This document shows positions 1-10,442 of a DNA stretch of 64,000 nt, in pieces; position 1 is the first letter of the stretch; every line of letters starts with the position of its first letter. The notes below the pieces were generated by a model, which was not told the origin of the DNA, searched no databases, and was given only the letters and a program-made list of their open reading frames with translations. The stretch covers positions 32,001-96,000 of the forward strand of contig CAVSJV010000013.1 of assembly GCA_963728405.1 (NCBI GenBank). Direction: 5' to 3'. This DNA is from Methanomassiliicoccaceae archaeon (GTDB lineage: Archaea > Thermoplasmatota > Thermoplasmata > Methanomassiliicoccales > Methanomassiliicoccaceae). The position numbers and the translations under genes were made by a program.

Positions 1-24
1 GGGCCAGGGAGCTGTCGAGAAAGG

Positions 25-865
25 TCACCGTAAGAGGGCATTGATCGCGTCGGCCACCTCTTGAACGGTGGCGCCCCACGGCACGATGGCCAGGTCGCCC
101 TTGATCTGGAACCCGTCCCTGATCTTGCAGCACTTGACCAGCCGTTTCCTGCCGTCCCGCGGAGCGAGCTCCTGGGGACACATGTCGATCCTCGGCACAT
201 CGCGACGGTATAAGGAGCGATAGATCCGCTCGGAGAGGTCGCAGCCCACCAGGGTCACTTCCTTATCGATGGACGGCACCTGGTCCAGGTAGTATATGGG
301 CCGGTCCGATCGGAGGCCCGAGGCCTGGCAGGGGAAGAGCACGCCCTCGGTGGTCACGCCTTCCGCCAAGTGGTTCAGGTCTATCTCCTGATAGGACGGT
401 ACGACCGGAAGATCGACCATGCCCGACAGTCAGCGCCCGTTCAACCAGCACCGAGAGCTTGGAAGGGGACGGAGGAACGACGTCGAGCACCTGCAGCTCG
501 AGCACCCCGCCCGGCTGAACGAACGAGATGTGGTTGAACAGTCCTTCCACCACTACGGTCTTGCCCAGATGTTGCATGGAGACCCGGGCCATGGCCGGGG
601 AGTTCAGCACGTCGATGGAGTCATCGTGAACGAACACCGTGTCGGCGGGCAGCGCCAGCACCTCGTGGGCGATGATCCTGCGGAACAGCTCCTTGCCGTC
701 CTCTTTGGTGACCTTGACCACGGCGAGCTCATCCCCATTTCTCAGGACATAATGGTCGCATCGCGTGTAGGCCTTCTTTCCCCTGATCTCCCTATCGATG
801 TCTGACTTAGTGAGGGGGAAACCTACCTCCTTGACCGCCACGTCCTTGCAGTGTCCGGGGAGCAT
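25..865 (-). CDS. Conserved hypothetical Cys-rich protein, split by one frameshift near 420
   Basis: ORF 263..865 (MLPGHCKDV...VERALTVG) continues in ORF 25..420 (MVDLPVVP...FPCQASG...GCDLS...CP...KCC...VPWG). The two halves join into one protein of about 280 aa. Confidence 0.65.
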
Positions 866-944
866 CGACGCTTACACCAGATGGCGCGTTATAAAGATTG
901 CTGAATGCCCTCTCTCCATAATATTGGAATGGTAAAAAAAGTAA

Positions 945-960
945 ACCCATATATATGGGT
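945..960. promoter_or_regulatory. Perfect 16-bp palindrome centred on the TATA box upstream of tRNA-Cys
   Basis: ACCCATATATATGGGT equals its own reverse complement. The TATATA core lies about 25 nt before the tRNA 5' end. Confidence 0.55.
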
Positions 961-979
961 ACCTGAATTATCCACCGAC

Positions 980-1083
980 GCCGGGATGACAGAGCGGCCA
1001 TGTGGCGGACTGCAGCCTACCAAGGCTAGCAAGCCGATGGCAGATATCCGCATACTCGAGTTCAAATCTCGATCCCGGCCCCA
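980..1083 (+). tRNA. tRNA-Cys(GCA) with a 30-nt intron at 37/38 (1016-1045) and encoded CCA
   Basis: Acceptor GCCGGGA/TCCCGGC; anticodon stem GCGGA/TCCGC with CT-GCA-G; T arm TCGAG-TTCAAAT-CTCGA. Exon CTGC pairs with intron GCAG, giving a BHB-like motif. Confidence 0.93.
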
Positions 1084-1187
1084 TTTTCCAATCTTCCTGC
1101 TTGACCTCTGATCTCTTGTAAGTTCCTTTAACGATTGTTGCAGAACTTAATTATGTACCCTGCTGAATTCAGTTAAAAGGTGCTAGC

Positions 1188-2102
1188 TTGCTGTACAACA
1201 ACATTCTCGAGGCCATCGGCCATACTCCGCTCGTCAAGCTGAACAAGGTGGTGCCCAAGGGCCACGCTGAGGTCTACGCCAAGATCGAGTCCTTCAACCC
1301 CATGCACTCGATCAAGGACCGAATTGCGCTCTCCATGATCGAGGACGCGGAGCGGAAAGGCTACTTGACCAAGGACAAGTACGTAGTGGAACCCTCCTCT
1401 GGCAATACGGGCATTGGGCTGTCCATGGTCTGCGCGGCCAAGGGATATCGCCTCATCATCACCATGCCTGAGACCTTCAGCATCGAGCGCCGGAGGTTGT
1501 TGCAGGCCATGGGGGCCGAGCTGGTCCTCACGCCAGGTCCGGCCGGGATGTCCGGAGCGATCGCCAAGGCCTCTGAGATCGTGGCCTCGGACCCCCAGGC
1601 GTTCATGCCCCAGCAGTTCGAGAACCCCGCCAATCCTCAGGCCCATTATGAGCGGACGGCCCGGGAGATCCTGGCCGATCTGCCACACTTCGACGCGTTC
1701 GTCTCCGCGGTGGGGACCGGCGGAACGGTCACCGGAGTGGGCCGAGCGCTGAAGGAGGCGAACTGCGATGCCAAGATCGTGGCGGTGGAGCCGTCGGCCT
1801 CGCCGGTGCTATCGGGTGGGAAAAGAGGGCCTCATGGCATCCAAGGGATCGGAGCGGGATTCATCCCCAAGGTCTGCCGGACCGCGCTGTTCGATCGTAT
1901 ACTACAGGTCGATGACATCGAGGCCGTCCGGCACACTCGAGAGCTTGCCAAGAGGGAAGGGATATTCTGCGGGATATCCTCGGGTGCGGCCTTGTGCGGG
2001 GCGCTGGAGGTAGCTAGGGACCTCGAGCCGGACAACCGGGTCGTGGTCATCTTCGCCGACACTGGAGAAAGATATTTGAGTACCGATCTGTTCCTGGCCT
2101 GA
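1188..2102 (+). CDS. cysK: Cysteine synthase A (O-acetylserine sulfhydrylase)
   Basis: PLP lysine motif SIKDRIA, plus SSGNTG, QQFENPAN, GTGGT, HGIQGIGAGF and DTGERYLST. Confidence 0.95.
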   Translation: MLYNNILEAIGHTPLVKLNKVVPKGHAEVYAKIESFNPMHSIKDRIALSMIEDAERKGYLTKDKYVVEPSSGNTGIGLSMVCAAKGYRLIITMPETFSIERRRLLQAMGAELVLTPGPAGMSGAIAKASEIVASDPQAFMPQQFENPANPQAHYERTAREILADLPHFDAFVSAVGTGGTVTGVGRALKEANCDAKIVAVEPSASPVLSGGKRGPHGIQGIGAGFIPKVCRTALFDRILQVDDIEAVRHTRELAKREGIFCGISSGAALCGALEVARDLEPDNRVVVIFADTGERYLSTDLFLA

Positions 2103-2315
2103 CCGGCCGGGGCATCTCGCTGGACGACCGCGTCCAGAAACAGCTTCTCTCTCTTTCTCTTGACGACCTCACGGAACGCGCAGGCAAGGCGCATTATGAA
2201 AGAGATCTAGCGACAGCCCAGTAGGAGGGGTGTTAGGTGGACTCCCTCACCCGCGATTTTCTCATAATCACTCTTATCGACATGGCGATCATCGCTGGCA
2301 TCGGCCTGATCTGCA

Positions 2316-2717
2316 CTACCAGGCCTTGAGATCGTGATTGTACGCAGCGGCGAAGGCCGAACGCAATGCCAGCAGGAAGCCCCCTCTGGGCAAATTCTTG
2401 TACACGGCCCGGACGTTCCGTTCCGATTTCAGCAGCTCGGTAAGGCCCAGCGATGGCGGTTTCGAGGTGACGAACACGAATGGCATCTTGGGGACCCGGT
2501 CGCGGACCGATCGGAACATCAACAGCCCGCCACACGGGTGGAGGTCGAACTCGCAGGCGACCAAATCGGCGGCGCCGGTCTCGACCAGGCGGAGAGCTTC
2601 ATCTGGATCGTTGGTCACGATCAACTTCATCGTGCTCAAACCGGAAAAATAATGGCCCACTAGATCGAGCATTGTATTTGAATCGTCAATGTAAAGAGGT
2701 TTCTTGCATCGTGCCAT
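2316..2717 (-). CDS. Degenerate response-regulator receiver domain protein
   Basis: Receiver-fold pattern YIDDS...DLVACEFDLHPCGG...PFVFVTSK; the phospho-Asp position appears to be Glu. Confidence 0.7.
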   Translation of the reverse strand: MARCKKPLYIDDSNTMLDLVGHYFSGLSTMKLIVTNDPDEALRLVETGAADLVACEFDLHPCGGLLMFRSVRDRVPKMPFVFVTSKPPSLGLTELLKSERNVRAVYKNLPRGGFLLALRSAFAAAYNHDLKAW

Positions 2718-2855
2718 GATTTTCAGGCGATATTATTCTTAATGAAGAAATTATCTCGTTCGAATAACGTCGTATCGATGCACTTGCCGCTGTGAGCGCG
2801 CCTAGCGGCAGTTCGTCATATCAGGGGCGGAAGTTCATGTCGTCTTTATTATCTT

Positions 2856-3281
2856 CTAACCTTGCTGAGGGCTCTCCTCGGCCGTCTTGACCACACTTAT
2901 GCCGAACGAACGGATCTTCGTGACCGCGATCCCGAGGTTCTCCATGCCGATCGGCTTCTCCACGTATGAATCAGCGCCCGGCGCCATTCTCATGACCTGA
3001 TCGCCGCCGAGCGAGCCGCTGACGATGATCACTCTAACCCCGTCGAGCTCGGGGTTCGAACGAACCTCCCGTAGCACGTCCGCCCCGGTCTTCAGGGGCA
3101 TGAACAGATCAATGAGGACCAAATCCGGCTTGTCCCTTAGAATGATGGCCATGGCCTCCTCCCCGTTCCTGGCCCAGGTTATCTTGTTCATCAGGTGGAT
3201 GTCCCTGAAGAACTCCTTGAACAGATCAATATCGCCGGGGTTATCCTCGACGATAAGAATGTCAACCGGCTGTACCTTCAT
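2856..3281 (-). CDS. Single-domain response regulator (CheY-like, Rcp1-like)
   Basis: ILIVEDNPGD, PDLVLIDLFMPLKTG, IIVSGS, GADSYVEKP. Confidence 0.9.
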   Translation of the reverse strand: MKVQPVDILIVEDNPGDIDLFKEFFRDIHLMNKITWARNGEEAMAIILRDKPDLVLIDLFMPLKTGADVLREVRSNPELDGVRVIIVSGSLGGDQVMRMAPGADSYVEKPIGMENLGIAVTKIRSFGISVVKTAEESPQQG

Positions 3282-3534
3282 AGCCCCTCCCGCCACAGAA
3301 CATAATAATCGATGTATTGTTATTAAAAGGCTAGGGGCGTTTGTCAGGACCCAGTGTCACGCTAACAGTGAACACGGTCCGCTCAATTCCGCTTAAAGCG
3401 TCTCGAGTGTTTTCCGGATCTCCGCGAGATGCTCGGCCACCGCGCCCCCCCGGGTAGGTTCGATGTTCTTAGAATGCCGACCGCTGCCGCGCGTTTTATA
3501 TTCTTGACGATCAGGTTTTATCGCGCTGGGAACT

Positions 3535-3804
3535 ATGAAGACGTGTACTGGGTGCGAAAGATTATATGCTGACACTATCGAACGCTGCGCCCAGTGCGGG
3601 GGCGAGCTGCAACGTAGGACCATATCCGATGCCATCAACGATCTGTTCGTTCAAGGGGAGGCAGAGAGCACGGCGTCGAAGCTGTCGTGCCCCAAGTGCG
3701 GTGGGAAGGTCACCCCGCGGGGGCCGCAGACCGCGTGCTCGAGCTGCGGCGTCGTGATCCCTCGAGAGAAGGGCGAGGGCCAACTGGTGTTGGTCCGATC
3801 CTGA
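3535..3804 (+). CDS. Small zinc-ribbon protein
   Basis: Four CxxC pairs (CTGC, CAQC, CPKC, CSSC) in 89 aa; TTTTATA upstream. Confidence 0.7.
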   Translation: MKTCTGCERLYADTIERCAQCGGELQRRTISDAINDLFVQGEAESTASKLSCPKCGGKVTPRGPQTACSSCGVVIPREKGEGQLVLVRS

Positions 3805-3869
3805 GCCCCCTGGTACGCTCCCATATACTTTGCCATACGAGGGAGTTACCTGCCTTTTTCCCCATCCTG

Positions 3870-4240
3870 AGGCCGCTCCCCGATCGCCCCGAGATGCTCC
3901 GCCACTAATGAGAAGGCACCTGGAAGCCCGCGGGCTTGCCCGGAGGAACCGAGATACCACACGCCGACCGATCGTCCGGGAGGTGTACTACGTAGGCAAG
4001 CCTTATCTGGCCCCGCTCCGGGACGAGCACTACGCGCCGATCGTGCAGCAGCTGTCGAAGGCGGTCGGTGTGGGGGTTCACCATGCACGGATCTGCAGCG
4101 TACCCTCGGTAATCGCCCATGGTGCCGGGGGAAGCCCTTGGAGACGATCGCCAAGATCCTGCGGCACGAATCTCCGGAGTGACGCTCAGAGCGTACATAG
4201 GGGTGGATTCGGACGACAGGCGGGATGCTCTCGACGACCC
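3870..4240 (+). pseudogene. Tyrosine recombinase/integrase C-terminal remnant
   Basis: Across frameshifts it reads ...LMRRHLEAR...LSKAVGVG/FTMH/DLQRTLGNRPWCRGKPLETIAKILRHESP/VTLRAYIGVDSDD. This matches the HxxR...H...Y catalytic box. Confidence 0.75.
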
Positions 4241-4287
4241 GTGCGGGGCGCCAATTCACTTCCCCTCGCAGTCGAGCCAGTCTTCAA

Positions 4288-4340
4288 ATACGGGCGAAAG
4301 ATATTTGTCCGCTGACCTCTTCACACAGGAATGGCCATGA
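4288..4340 (+). pseudogene. Displaced original cysK 3' end
   Basis: Reads [17 protein letters not shown], compared with cysK DTGERYLSTDLFLA*. Its TGA overlaps the cysE ATG (ATGA, 4337-4340). Confidence 0.75.
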
Positions 4341-4984
4341 GCTGGAAGGATGACGTGTATACGGTCCTGGAACGGGATCCCGCGCCCAAATCGTTCTCCG
4401 AGGCGCTTATGTTCAGTCCGGGCCTTCACGCCATCCTTCTCCATCGGGTCTCTCACCGGCTCTACGCCACGGGCCAGTACAAGATGGCCCGACTCATCAA
4501 CTACTGGGGCCGGGTTCTGACCGGGGCGGACGTCCATCCCGGCGCAACTGTGGGAAAAGGTTTCTTCATCGATCATGCCACTGGGGTGGTCATAGGGGAA
4601 ACGTCGATCATCGGCGACAATGTCTCCATCTTTCAAGGCGTTACTCTAGGCGGTGTTTCCACCTCCAAGGAGAAGAGGCACCCCACCATTGGCAACCATG
4701 TTACCATAGGCGCTCACGCCACCGTGCTCGGTGACATACTTATCGGAGATCATTCCAAGATCGGTGCTGGGTCGGTGGTGGTGAAGGACGTTCCTCCCAA
4801 CAGTACGGTGGTGGGCATTCCGGGCAAAGTGGTCAAGCGCAACGGAGAGCGGGAAAAGCGGCCGGACCTCCGCCATGAGAGCCTTCCCGACCCCTTGGTC
4901 GAGGCGCTTTCCGACATAATCACTCACTTGGACGTGCTCGACAAGAAGGTCAGTGCGCTTGAAGAAAAGCTAAAGAAGAGCTAA
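4337..4984 (+). CDS. cysE: Serine O-acetyltransferase
   Basis: [37 protein letters not shown] and hexapeptide repeats. Confidence 0.95.
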   Translation: MSWKDDVYTVLERDPAPKSFSEALMFSPGLHAILLHRVSHRLYATGQYKMARLINYWGRVLTGADVHPGATVGKGFFIDHATGVVIGETSIIGDNVSIFQGVTLGGVSTSKEKRHPTIGNHVTIGAHATVLGDILIGDHSKIGAGSVVVKDVPPNSTVVGIPGKVVKRNGEREKRPDLRHESLPDPLVEALSDIITHLDVLDKKVSALEEKLKKS

Positions 4985-5021
4985 TTAATCCCCCACGTAC
5001 ATTATGGGGGAGAGGGGAAAA

Positions 5022-6428
5022 GTGGCTCTTAGAATTTTCAACACCCTGACCAAGCGCGAAGAGGAGTTCAAGCCCATCGAAGAAAAAAAGGTCAAGATGT
5101 ACGTTTGCGGCGTCACCGTCTATGACGACATCCACATGGGCCACGCCCGTTCCATCATCGTCTTCGATATGATCGCCCGCTACCTGCGGTACCGCGGCTA
5201 TAGCGTGACACATCTGACCAACTTCACCGACGTGGACGATAAGATCATCAACCGCGCGGCAGAGAAGGGAATGGACCCGCTAGCCCTCTCCCAGATGTAC
5301 ATCGAACAATACTTCCACGATGTGGACCTGCTGGGGGTCTCCCGGGCCGACGCCTATCCCAAGGCGTCGGAGAACATCGAAGAGATCATCACCATGACCC
5401 AGAAGATCATCGATCATGGTTATGGGTACAGGAGCGAGGACGGCAGCGTGTATTTCTCGGTGGAGAAGGTGAAGAATTATGGTCGGCTCACCGGTCAGAA
5501 GCTCGAGGACATGCAGGCTGGCGCACGGGTCGAGGTGAACGAGCTCAAGCGGAACCCTTATGACTTCGCTCTGTGGAAGGCGGCCAAGCCGGGGGAGATC
5601 GCCTGGGACTCGCCATGGGGCAAGGGCCGCCCTGGCTGGCACATCGAGTGCTCGGCCATGTGCACCGAGTATCTGGGGGAGACGATCGATATCCACGGAG
5701 GCGGGAACGACCTCATCTTCCCTCACCATGAGAATGAGATATTGCAGTCGGAAGCGGCTAACTGCAAACCTCTGGCCAATTATTGGGTGCATAATGGTAT
5801 GCTGCAGGTGCAAGATGCCAAGATGTCCAAGTCCCTCAAGAACTTCTTCGCGGTGAAGGATGTCCTCGCGAAATATGCCAAGGAGGAGATCCGGTTCTAC
5901 ATCCTATCAGCCCATTACCGCGGACCTCAGGTGTACTCGGAGGCCGCTCTGGACGAGGCGGCGGCCAGCCTGAAGCGTTTCCATAACACCTACGATGAGC
6001 TTCGCTCGTCCCGAGACAAGGTCAAGGGGACCGATGACGCGGCCGAGCTGGTGGATGGCTTCAGGAAGAAGTTCATCGATGCCATGGACCAGGACTTCAA
6101 CACCCGGGCCGCCATCTCCGAGATCTTCGATCTGGTGAGAGAGGTGAACAAGCGGCTCGCCGAGGGCAAGCTCAGCACCGGTGGGGTGGACGCGGTCCTA
6201 TTCGCCCTGGGAGAGATGGACGCGGTGTTCGGCATCCTGCCCACTTCCCGAAAGGATGCGGGGGACCGCTCTGGTGAGATCATCGATATCCTTATCGAGG
6301 TCAGGAACGAGCTGCGAAAGCGGAAGCAGTATGATCTGGCCGACAAGATCAGGGACCAGCTAAGGGAGAAGGGAGTGGAGCTCCAGGACACCGCGGAGGG
6401 CGTCAAGTGGAAAAGGACCGCCGGCTGA
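5022..6428 (+). CDS. cysS: Cysteine-tRNA ligase
   Basis: [13 protein letters not shown] (HIGH motif), [24 protein letters not shown]. Confidence 0.97.
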   Translation: MALRIFNTLTKREEEFKPIEEKKVKMYVCGVTVYDDIHMGHARSIIVFDMIARYLRYRGYSVTHLTNFTDVDDKIINRAAEKGMDPLALSQMYIEQYFHDVDLLGVSRADAYPKASENIEEIITMTQKIIDHGYGYRSEDGSVYFSVEKVKNYGRLTGQKLEDMQAGARVEVNELKRNPYDFALWKAAKPGEIAWDSPWGKGRPGWHIECSAMCTEYLGETIDIHGGGNDLIFPHHENEILQSEAANCKPLANYWVHNGMLQVQDAKMSKSLKNFFAVKDVLAKYAKEEIRFYILSAHYRGPQVYSEAALDEAAASLKRFHNTYDELRSSRDKVKGTDDAAELVDGFRKKFIDAMDQDFNTRAAISEIFDLVREVNKRLAEGKLSTGGVDAVLFALGEMDAVFGILPTSRKDAGDRSGEIIDILIEVRNELRKRKQYDLADKIRDQLREKGVELQDTAEGVKWKRTAG

Positions 6429-7445
6429 CCGCGGAGAAGAAGGCGATATTGCTGTCAGGCGGGCCGCTGAAGGTGCCGCGTGATTTCCGGCCGCCTTTCC
6501 CGGTGTCCCGCTCCACGGCCGGCCCCGGGGCCGGCTCGACCGGCATAGTGTTGGCGTTCGGCCATACTCGGGTCAAGAAGGCCCTATCGACCGAGCAGGG
6601 AGAGTTCGAGCTCGTCGGCAGCGGTCCGCAGTACGCCATCCTCCGCAATGGCGACCCTTTCCTGGACGGACGTGGAGATAAAGCCGACCCTGGCCCACGC
6701 ACCGGAGCAGGCGTTCTATAACCTGGATACGGAGTGCATCTACAACTGCAAGTTCTGCACCTCCCCTCGTCTGGACAAGAAGATCACCAAGGGGCTGGAC
6801 CCCGACAAGGTCGTACATCTCATCCTCAAGGCATCGGAGCGGCCGGACATGAGGGCGGTGGCCCTCACCTCGGCGGTGGTCAAGGACCCCCAGAGCACCG
6901 TTGACAAACTGGCCTACGTCGTTTCAAAGGTCCGGGAGAAGCTCCCCTCGATCCCCATCGGCGTGGAGCCCTATATCGACTCCCTTGATCAGGTCGATCA
7001 ACTTAAGAGGGCCGGGGCAGACGAGATCAAGCTCAACATCGAGACCTACGACCGCGACATATTCCGGAAGGTCTGCGGGGAGCAAGACTTCGATTGGATC
7101 ATAGCGGTCATCGAGCACGCCGGAAAAGTGTTCGGCCGGGGCAAGGTCACGTCAAACATAATCGTGGGGATGGGGGAGAGCGACCGGAACGTCGTCGATG
7201 GGGTGGAAGCCCTTGCCCGGCTGGGGTGTGTGGCTACCCTCCGACCGTTACGCCTGAACGATCTTAACAGGGGTCCTATGACCGCGGCGCTAGGGGAACT
7301 GGAGACCCTGACCCCGGAGCGCCTGCTACGTCTTGCCAAAGAGCAGAAAACCATCCTCGAGCGGCACGGGCTCACGTCGTTAACATTGCATACCATGTGC
7401 CACGAGTGCAAGTGTTGCGACCTCGTCCCGTTCCGAGATCTTTGA
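6407..7445 (+). CDS. Radical SAM protein (biotin-synthase-like), one frameshift near 6670
   Basis: CIYNCKFC motif and C-terminal CHECKCCD. N-terminal ORF 6407..6721 joins ORF 6648..7445. Confidence 0.8.
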
Positions 7446-7460
7446 CCCTTCGCGAATACT

Positions 7461-7476
7461 TTTAGGGATACCGAAA
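7461..7476. promoter_or_regulatory. Putative DtxR/MntR-type operator
   Basis: Imperfect palindrome TTTAGG-GATA-CCGAAA directly before the AT-rich TATA region of the dtxR-feoB operon. Confidence 0.4.
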
Positions 7477-7509
7477 TAAATTAATAACGATCCCGCATAC
7501 CAGCCGCTG

Positions 7510-8172
7510 ATGGTCAGCGAGAACGCCGAGGACTATCTTGCCTCGATCTACGTCCTTTCCCTTGATGGAAGGGCGGTAAAAACCAATGAGATAGCCGCAA
7601 AGCTCGGACTGACCCCGGCCAGCGTCACCGAGATGACCCAGAAGCTTGCCGCGGACGGCTACCTGAACTATGAGAAATACAAGGGCGTGACCTTGACCCC
7701 CAAGGGCCGGAAGCTAGCAGAACGGATCAAGCGCCGCCACCGCCTGCTGGAGCGGTTCCTGGTCGATGTCCTGGGCATGAAGCGTGAGCAGAGCCACGAG
7801 GAGGCGATGAAGCTCGAGCACACCGTTTCGGATGAATCAGTGGAGCGTCTCAACCAGATATTGAACTACCCAACAGTGTGCCCGGACGGGGACCCCATTC
7901 CGCCGGGCGACTCTCCCCTGGACCCGGACCCTTCGTTATCCATCTCCCTCGTCGAGATGAAAGAGGGGGAAAGAGGGCAGATCACCCATCTCACCTGTGA
8001 TGATTCGTCCAAGATCAAGCGTCTCATCTCCATGGGATTCGTTCCCGGCCGCAATGTCGTGCTCGAGGAGCGGGTGCCTATGGGCGGTCCCCTCCTCGTA
8101 CAGATCGAGGAGATGCGGGTAGCCTTGGCTCGCGATTACGCATCGCTGGTCAGGGTCCGAAGGTGTACTTGA
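7510..8172 (+). CDS. DtxR/MntR family metal-dependent repressor with C-terminal FeoA domain
   Basis: EDYLASIY, HTH (PASVTEM), RRHRLLERFL, LEH, CPDGDPIP and FeoA-like RLISMGFVPG. Confidence 0.92.
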   Translation: MVSENAEDYLASIYVLSLDGRAVKTNEIAAKLGLTPASVTEMTQKLAADGYLNYEKYKGVTLTPKGRKLAERIKRRHRLLERFLVDVLGMKREQSHEEAMKLEHTVSDESVERLNQILNYPTVCPDGDPIPPGDSPLDPDPSLSISLVEMKEGERGQITHLTCDDSSKIKRLISMGFVPGRNVVLEERVPMGGPLLVQIEEMRVALARDYASLVRVRRCT

Positions 8173-10095
8173 TGAAGGTCGTTCTGGCCGGTAACCTTAA
8201 TGTCGGCAAGTCGGTCCTTTTCTCCAGGATCACCGGCATCGGGGTGATCTCCGCCAACTATCCCGGGACCACCGTCCAGTTCGAGGAGGCCGGGGTCATT
8301 GTGCGGGGGCAGAGGATCGAGGTGTTCGATCTACCCGGCATATATTCCCTGGCCGGGGTCACTGAGGACGAGTTGGTGGCCACACGATTGCTGGCTGAGA
8401 AATCTCCTGATTATGTCATTGCAGTGGTCGATGCGACCAGGTTGGAACAGGGCCTGGTACTGGTGCTCCAGCTCATTGAGCTCGGATACCGCGTGATCCT
8501 GGCGTTGAACTTCATGGACCAGGCCCGGAAAAGGTACGCCATCGACGTCGAGAAACTATCGACCATCCTCAAGGTACCGGTCGTTCCGACCATCGCCACC
8601 ACCGGGGAAGGCGTGGACCGGTTGATGGAGCTGGTGGTGTCCGAGACGGTCCGGCGGTCCAACTATGTCACCAGGTACGACAGCCATATCGAGGCCTTCC
8701 TCGAGGACATCGCCCAAGGTTCTATCAGCACCGGCTCAGGCTTCCCTATCCGAGGGGCCTCTATTAAGCTCCTGGAAAACAATCGTTTCTTTACCGGGCA
8801 GTTCTCGGCCAGCGTCAAGGAGCTCGCCGACGAGTATCGTCGTGAGTTCAGGGAGCAGCATTACGAGGATGTGGAGGTGCACATCTCCCGGGACCGCTAC
8901 GGCGAGGCAGGCAAGGTAGCCTCAGATGTCATAGGTAAGCTCGAAAGGAGGGAGATGACCCTGGGGGACCGGGTATCGGAGATCACGCTCCGCCCCCGCA
9001 CCGGCATACCCATCCTGTTCGCCGTCCTTTTTGGAATATTCCTCTCCGTGGTGGTGATCGGCGGGCTTCTTGAGACCCTCCTTCACGACGCGTACATCGC
9101 GATCATAGGGAACGCCTTTGACCAGTTGGCGGTGCTGATAGGGGGAACGCTGGGCGGGGCCATCGCCGAGGGAGTGAACCTCTCCATCCAGGCAATAATC
9201 TCGATAGTCATCCCCTACATCCTGGTCTTCTACCTCATCTTAGGCTTCCTAGAGGATTCTGGGTATCTGCCGCGGGTGGTCATGTTGCTCGATGGGCTGA
9301 TGGTCAAGCTCGGACTGCACGGCCGGGCCATCATACCCATTGTAGTGGGTACCGGCTGCAACGTCCCCGCGATACTGGCGACCAGAACACTGGAATCTAA
9401 GAGGGAGCGATTGATCCTGGCCACCGTCATTGTAATGGCAGTGCCCTGCTCGGCCCAGACGGTCATCATCATCGGCACGGTCGGGCAGCATTCGGGCATC
9501 CTATGGGCTGCGCTCATCTATCTCATCTTGCTGGCCCTGGCCCTTATCCTCGGCCGTGTCCTCCACATCGTGCTTCGGCAGGAGCCGTCCAGTCTGGCCA
9601 TAGAGATACCGGATCTCTCGATGCCATCCATCCGGAACTGTGCTGTCTAAGACCTGGCTCCGGGTGAAGGATTTCTTCGTCATCGCTTTCCCATTGCTGC
9701 TGGTGGGCAGCCTCGTGCTGGAGCTGCTGATGAAGTATAATGTGTTGGGTTCCCTGGTCGCTCCCTTGTCACCGATCACGGTCGGCCTTTTGGGCCTTCC
9801 GCCAGTCATCATCGTGGCCCTGATCTTCGGAGTGCTGAGGAAGGAAATGGCCCTGCAGATACTGTTCGTCATCTTCTCTCTGACCACCGGAGCTGAGCTC
9901 GGCCAAGCCCTCACTGACCAGCAGCTGTTCGTCTTCGCCCTGGTCATGGCGACCTACATGCCTTGTATTGGGGTCCTTGCCGTACTGATCAAGGAGTTCA
10001 GCCTCAAGGATGCGGTGGCCATCTCAGTGGCGTCCATCGTCCTGGCGTTCCTCCTTGGGGGAGCGGCCAATTTCCTGTTCAATCTGGCGGGCTGA
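8172..10095 (+). CDS. feoB: Ferrous iron transporter B, one frameshift near 9640
   Basis: G-motifs GNLNVGKS, NYPGTT, DLPG and NFMD; LEDSGYLPR, GCNVPA, PCSA. The C-terminal part is in ORF 9640..10095 (KE...YMPC). Confidence 0.92.
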
Positions 10096-10194
10096 GCGGA
10101 CCCAACGGTCTTGACGGTGGTTGAACGAATCCATTCTAATCAATTCCGCATCCACAATTTGTTCCAGATGCGATAAGCACGGTCATGCATATTG

Positions 10195-10215
10195 GGTGCT
10201 CCCGCCGGGATTTGA
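10195..10215 (-). other. Isolated tRNA 3'-end fragment (tRNA-Glu-like), possible att remnant
   Basis: The minus strand reads TCAAATCCCGGCGGGAGCACC: T-loop, T-stem 3' side and acceptor 3' side. No 5' half is present. Confidence 0.5.
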
Positions 10216-10442
10216 GCATCATCGGAAGTCCCTCGCTAGCTATACAGAGAAAATGCTCACACCCGCACAAACTATTGGATGGTAATCTCGAAAAGCCCAT
10301 TGTCTCAGTTTCCCCACCTAAAGATAAGCATGACCCAAACTATCCATTTGCGTGGTGGAGGGAATGCCATGTCGTCCGGCCTTGCATAAGCCAAATATAC
10401 CATCCTGTTCCCAGTGCTCCTACTGAACGGTGAGGTTAGGAT

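Larger units (their letters stand above)
2067..4307. mobile_element. Decayed integrative element inserted in the 3' end of cysK
   Basis: Identical 12-bp GAAAGATATTTG at 2067-2078 and 4296-4307, each within a copy of the cysK C-terminal coding sequence. A tyrosine-integrase remnant lies next to the right copy. Confidence 0.7.
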
